This document shows, piece by piece, positions 36,701-39,074 of a DNA stretch of 39,074 nucleotides. Where the stretch lies: positions 1-39,074 of the IMG/VR virus record IMGVR_UViG_3300040985_000616; one strand, given 5' to 3'. The position numbers and the translations under genes are program-made. Source of the stretch: a virus (Duplodnaviria; Caudoviricetes). Position 1 is the first letter of the stretch; the number at the start of each line of letters is the position of its first letter. The notes beneath the pieces are model-generated. The model saw only the letters and a program-made list of their open reading frames with translations. It made no database searches and had not been told where the DNA came from.

Positions 36701-36922
36701 TCTGTTGATTAGGTGCGATGCTGTATCTAATGCGTTAGCATCTTGGAAGTTAGCACCTAAAGCATCAGTCATAAACTGTGTAGGTGGACGCTTAACTAAA
36801 CCATTCACAGGGGAAGGGTAAGCGTTAGTCTGCTCCTCACAATTGGACGCACCCCTTAGGGAGTCTGCTTGTTGCGAGACACCACCTAAGAGGTTAGAGA
36901 GAGAGGAGTTAAGTAATCCCAC
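33713..36922 (-). CDS. Tail tubular protein B / nozzle (gp12-like)
   Basis: NLLGGVSQQ, GLVKRPP, TMPHILIR, FFYENRLG, FFNFFRTT, QSAWFKF. Confidence 0.93.
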   Translation of the reverse strand: MGLLNSSLSNLLGGVSQQADSLRGASNCEEQTNAYPSPVNGLVKRPPTQFMTDALGANFQDANALDTASHLINRDSSERYLLTVSGKTLADGTGGGLSVWDLENNVAKTVYYDEDAIGYLNATDSTTAFSFATAGDVTYIANKEVTPRMTNELTEKTQPTGFIHVRQGAHDTTYYVSINGEEFSHSVATTGANVTKTTSIATAIVTALQASFVSDSAIISLGSSGDLGASNARFTITVPEGSNGGFGEVGQVVEWTSHIPWDTFAYCTNPNGYTGQTNFVQGDKFYISQVDAPSGNNRIYLKTLSGTLMYHNRNNYRDGSGTETLTCETHANTNLTDYSFNVEHSTILVTDSGDGNFILEARDTVGDTYLKAFKEETQYFSDLPASCANGMKLRIIGSAESDLDDYYVEFKTLLNTAYGEGSWNETVGYEQEHKYDYSTMPHILIRQADGSFLFKPADGINVPPNVTSGYTGDYDYFSNDNVDDHVTISTYSGTSLAILDAEPDTLIPTGTVVGIFTTLNEWKRYVTSTDVVASSTGTATLVLTETKTDTPAGVGQPVKLYYPSSEGKYTPFKWEDRKSGDDITNPLPNFIGNTISDIFFYENRLGVLSGESVTLSESGQFFNFFRTTVIDLLDTAPIEVVGSSNSVNTLRHGVSFNGNLLLFGDNTQFMLGSGREGLSPKTVAMSQVSNYECDPNCAPVIGGTSVFFAYPRGTYGGLQDMVIRDPEARDLQAFDLTDSVPSYIENPFRAVATMPQENLVIGLPKAEGGDMQDLYLYKYLDRGNERIQSAWFKFSLTSQGITADTQQIIGIHTVENVLYVLSRFVDSGTAGNSHTAIHKIEFTTEGITDLFSQPPLLDNVLSRLGNNDGLIQDGGALVGGDTVFTLPYGSEGKSASDFQIITKHKTGNDGGVVIPILSGTFLAESTTLTVDGDKRAEHVWIGSKYDMTYKYASPIFKGPSSGGGASLVTSGRYQIHSADIVYHDTNTFNVAVSVEGRSDYSYTFTADTTQVDVTSEGSVGLDSGDMRIPIHAKNDTYSMTITSDSAYPVKLLSTEFEAQYNARSRRMGI

Positions 36923-37533
36923 TATAGAACAGAGCCTCGCTTAATGATGTTGTATGTACCTATACTATCAAAGATATTTGGAGAAGCTGTAGTGCCTTCG
37001 TACTCCTTGAGGTCTAATAGAGCCTTGAACTCATCTCTCTGCGTGAACTGATGATGAGCAGTAGAACCTACCATACGGTCTTGGAATAGACGTGCGGCTC
37101 GGATGGTTATATAGCGTTTAGCCGCCTCAGGTACGCCTAAGAACTCAAAGAGGTAGACTACTACAGCCTCTTCATTGAGTGGAGCTTCAAACTCATAAGT
37201 ATTCTTTTCCTTATCGTAGAGTCTGCGCTCGCCTGACGCATACCTAATAGTTAGGTCTCTCCCTCCTACTGTTATCCTTACGATGTTACTATCCGCAGCA
37301 AGTACGATATGTTTATCATCCACAGCGGGGGTAAAGGTTACCTTATAGTCTGTATTAAAATGCCAACCCTCTGCTTGTACCTCACGATTAACTTCATCTA
37401 GTATCTGCTTCGCCATAACAACATCAGCCGATGTTCCGTTAGAGAGTACAGTTCCTGTAGTTGGAAGTTCTCCAATAGCTGAGAGGATAGTGTTTACTGC
37501 CTCTAGCTCGGTAGTAGTAATAGGGTCAGCCAT
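36922..37533 (-). CDS. Tail tubular protein A (gp11-like)
   Basis: TELEAVNTILSAIGELP, VQAEGWHFN, VPEAAKRYITIRAAR. Confidence 0.93.
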   Translation of the reverse strand: MADPITTTELEAVNTILSAIGELPTTGTVLSNGTSADVVMAKQILDEVNREVQAEGWHFNTDYKVTFTPAVDDKHIVLAADSNIVRITVGGRDLTIRYASGERRLYDKEKNTYEFEAPLNEEAVVVYLFEFLGVPEAAKRYITIRAARLFQDRMVGSTAHHQFTQRDEFKALLDLKEYEGTTASPNIFDSIGTYNIIKRGSVL

Positions 37534-37534
37534 T

Positions 37535-37891
37535 CTAGTAGGTTATGTAGCAGTAGCTAACGCTTGCGCCTGAGCCACCGACTGCAAGTACAAAGAAAGG
37601 AGGCATTACTGTATCTGCTATATGCCCTGCCGTATTTGCGTCAGGTGATACAACAACTCCTGCTGCGTTTGAAACCATGAAAGGTGTTTCAGTAGCAGTT
37701 ATGTCTCCATTCACGTCCACTGTTGGGAGCTTTACTGTCAGTGCCTTGTTAGACATGAACCACGCTGACTTCGCGCCGAGACAATTAAATGTCTCATCTG
37801 AACCACCTGCTGTGACGAACGTATAAATTTCTAGTTCCTTTACTGCATTTCCTAGAGCATCTCTGCCCATAACTGTTTTAATTAACGTCAT
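37535..37891 (-). CDS. Hypothetical beta-rich virion protein (possible capsid decoration)
   Basis: 118 aa between capsid and gp11; Thr/Ala/Val-rich. Confidence 0.6.
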   Translation of the reverse strand: MTLIKTVMGRDALGNAVKELEIYTFVTAGGSDETFNCLGAKSAWFMSNKALTVKLPTVDVNGDITATETPFMVSNAAGVVVSPDANTAGHIADTVMPPFFVLAVGGSGASVSYCYITY

Positions 37892-37916
37892 AATATTATA
37901 TTTTTATTGTTGGGGT

Positions 37917-37944
37917 AAATGAGGGGCATCCGAAGATACCCCCC
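37917..37944 (-). terminator. T-phi-like hairpin after the capsid gene
   Basis: Minus strand GGGGGGTATC-TTCG-GATGCCCCTC then ATTT (short U tract). Confidence 0.7.
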
Positions 37945-37953
37945 AAAGTTACT

Positions 37954-38970
37954 CTATGCTTCAGAGTTAGTTAGTAAGAATGCAGCTTCAGGACGGAGAA
38001 CTCCGTGACCCATAGCATACTTAGCTACCATCAGCGTACCTTGACGCTCGATTTGGTATTCACTTTCCATTGACAAATCACGAAGCTTGACAGTTCCGAT
38101 AGCTGACTTATGGAAGATAATTCCTTTAGCATCTTCCGCTGTTAGCGGAGCATCGTAAACGTTAGGTGTGCGAACACCAGCGTCATCTGCTAATGTGCCT
38201 GAAGGAAGGTTGTTAGACTTGTAGATTTCAAAACCTGCAATCATAGGGACTAAACCTGAACCAAAACCTGTACCACCGATGTCGGAGTTAGCTACTGAAG
38301 TAGCAATACCAAAACCATCTGTACCGTTACTGATTAAGTTGTAGTATAGAGTTGGATTGAGAACTACATAACGGTCCTCGGAAGGAACGTCTTTAATATC
38401 CATTGCCGCAGCAGCCTCGAAGAGAGCTGATACTATTACAGCAGAAGTTACTGCTGTGTCTGCAACGGTATCTGCACAAGAAAGTTCAATATCACCACCA
38501 CCTGCACCTTGAGGTGCTGTTGCTGAAGCCTTTGATGCTTGGTATACGGTGTTGATAAGATGAACATCAGCGCGTTTAGCTAGAGCATAGCCCATCTTGC
38601 GGCTGTACTCTGAACGGTAATCGTAGTGAGCGCGAGCTTCGTCTAAGCTGTCAATGAAGGCAGCAGAAACTAGCAAATCGTCAATAGCAATTAGACGTTC
38701 GTTATGAGTGAACTTCTGTAAAGCTCCACCTGCAGGGTCAGTCTCAATGAGAGAAGCCCCAGGGGTGTGGTACTCGGCGGTTGTGTCACCGATTACGGGA
38801 AATTGTGCCGATTTGCCTTGACTAATCGTGCGAACTGTGTGAAGAGGCATCATTATGTTCGCTGTTTCGAACGCTGTGATGACTTCTCCTGAGAATTGAC
38901 GCAAGAAGAGGTCGAGGTTGCCGTCTCCAGCTCCTGCCGCGTCTCCTGCGAATGATAAAGGTAATGCCAT
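37954..38970 (-). CDS. Major capsid protein (T7 gp10-like)
   Basis: LFLRQFSGEVITAF, RTISQGKSAQFP, YDYRSEYS, AKYAMGHGVLRPEAA. Confidence 0.97.
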   Translation of the reverse strand: MALPLSFAGDAAGAGDGNLDLFLRQFSGEVITAFETANIMMPLHTVRTISQGKSAQFPVIGDTTAEYHTPGASLIETDPAGGALQKFTHNERLIAIDDLLVSAAFIDSLDEARAHYDYRSEYSRKMGYALAKRADVHLINTVYQASKASATAPQGAGGGDIELSCADTVADTAVTSAVIVSALFEAAAAMDIKDVPSEDRYVVLNPTLYYNLISNGTDGFGIATSVANSDIGGTGFGSGLVPMIAGFEIYKSNNLPSGTLADDAGVRTPNVYDAPLTAEDAKGIIFHKSAIGTVKLRDLSMESEYQIERQGTLMVAKYAMGHGVLRPEAAFLLTNSEA

Positions 38971-39061
38971 TATAAACTCCTAAGGTTTATGTGTAAAAAG
39001 AAAAAAGGTTAGAATTGAATATAGCTTAGGAGTTTGAGTTATCCTTCGTAAAGGGCTTAAC
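38971..39061 (-). promoter_or_regulatory. Structured capsid mRNA leader
   Basis: UACG-tetraloop hairpin (39038-39061) and a perfect 11-bp inverted repeat (39025-39035/38974-38984) covering the AGGAG SD. Confidence 0.65.
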
Positions 39062-39074
39062 ACTTACAACTAAA

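Noticed and set aside
1010-36821. Many short antisense or alternate-frame ORFs inside large genes
   Set aside because: Shadow frames of well-supported genes, with no independent signals
37892-37990. gp10B-style frameshift or read-through fusing capsid to the 118-aa ORF
   Set aside because: In-frame read-through meets a stop and is out of frame with the ORF; no clear slippery site seen
1-39074. tRNA genes, integrase, ligase, ribonucleotide reductase, auxiliary metabolic genes
   Set aside because: No supporting motifs seen by eye; divergent versions among the hypothetical ORFs cannot be excluded

Overview
The window is an apparently complete, circularly permuted genome (~38,974 bp; 1-100 repeats 38975-39074) of a T7-like podophage (Autographiviridae-type). 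It encodes a single-subunit RNA polymerase, SSB, primase/helicase, family A DNA polymerase, exonuclease, portal, scaffold, capsid, gp11-gp16 homologues and terminase. T7 gene order is kept, but the ~21 kb morphogenesis block is inverted onto the minus strand and starts at a near-consensus host sigma70-type promoter overlapping the terminase start. A ~1.9 kb gene-free stretch after TerL, the probable physical ends, holds three repeat arrays, including seven 29-bp palindromic 11-7-11 sites, and a ~590-nt helix-dense candidate ncRNA ahead of the first early gene. Other unusual parts are ArdC instead of Ocr, RusA instead of gp3, a membrane-anchored i-type-lysozyme-like protein, a MarR-like regulator with no integrase, and a 2051-aa ejection protein with inserted domains. 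All calls come from reading motifs by eye; no searches or folding programs were run.
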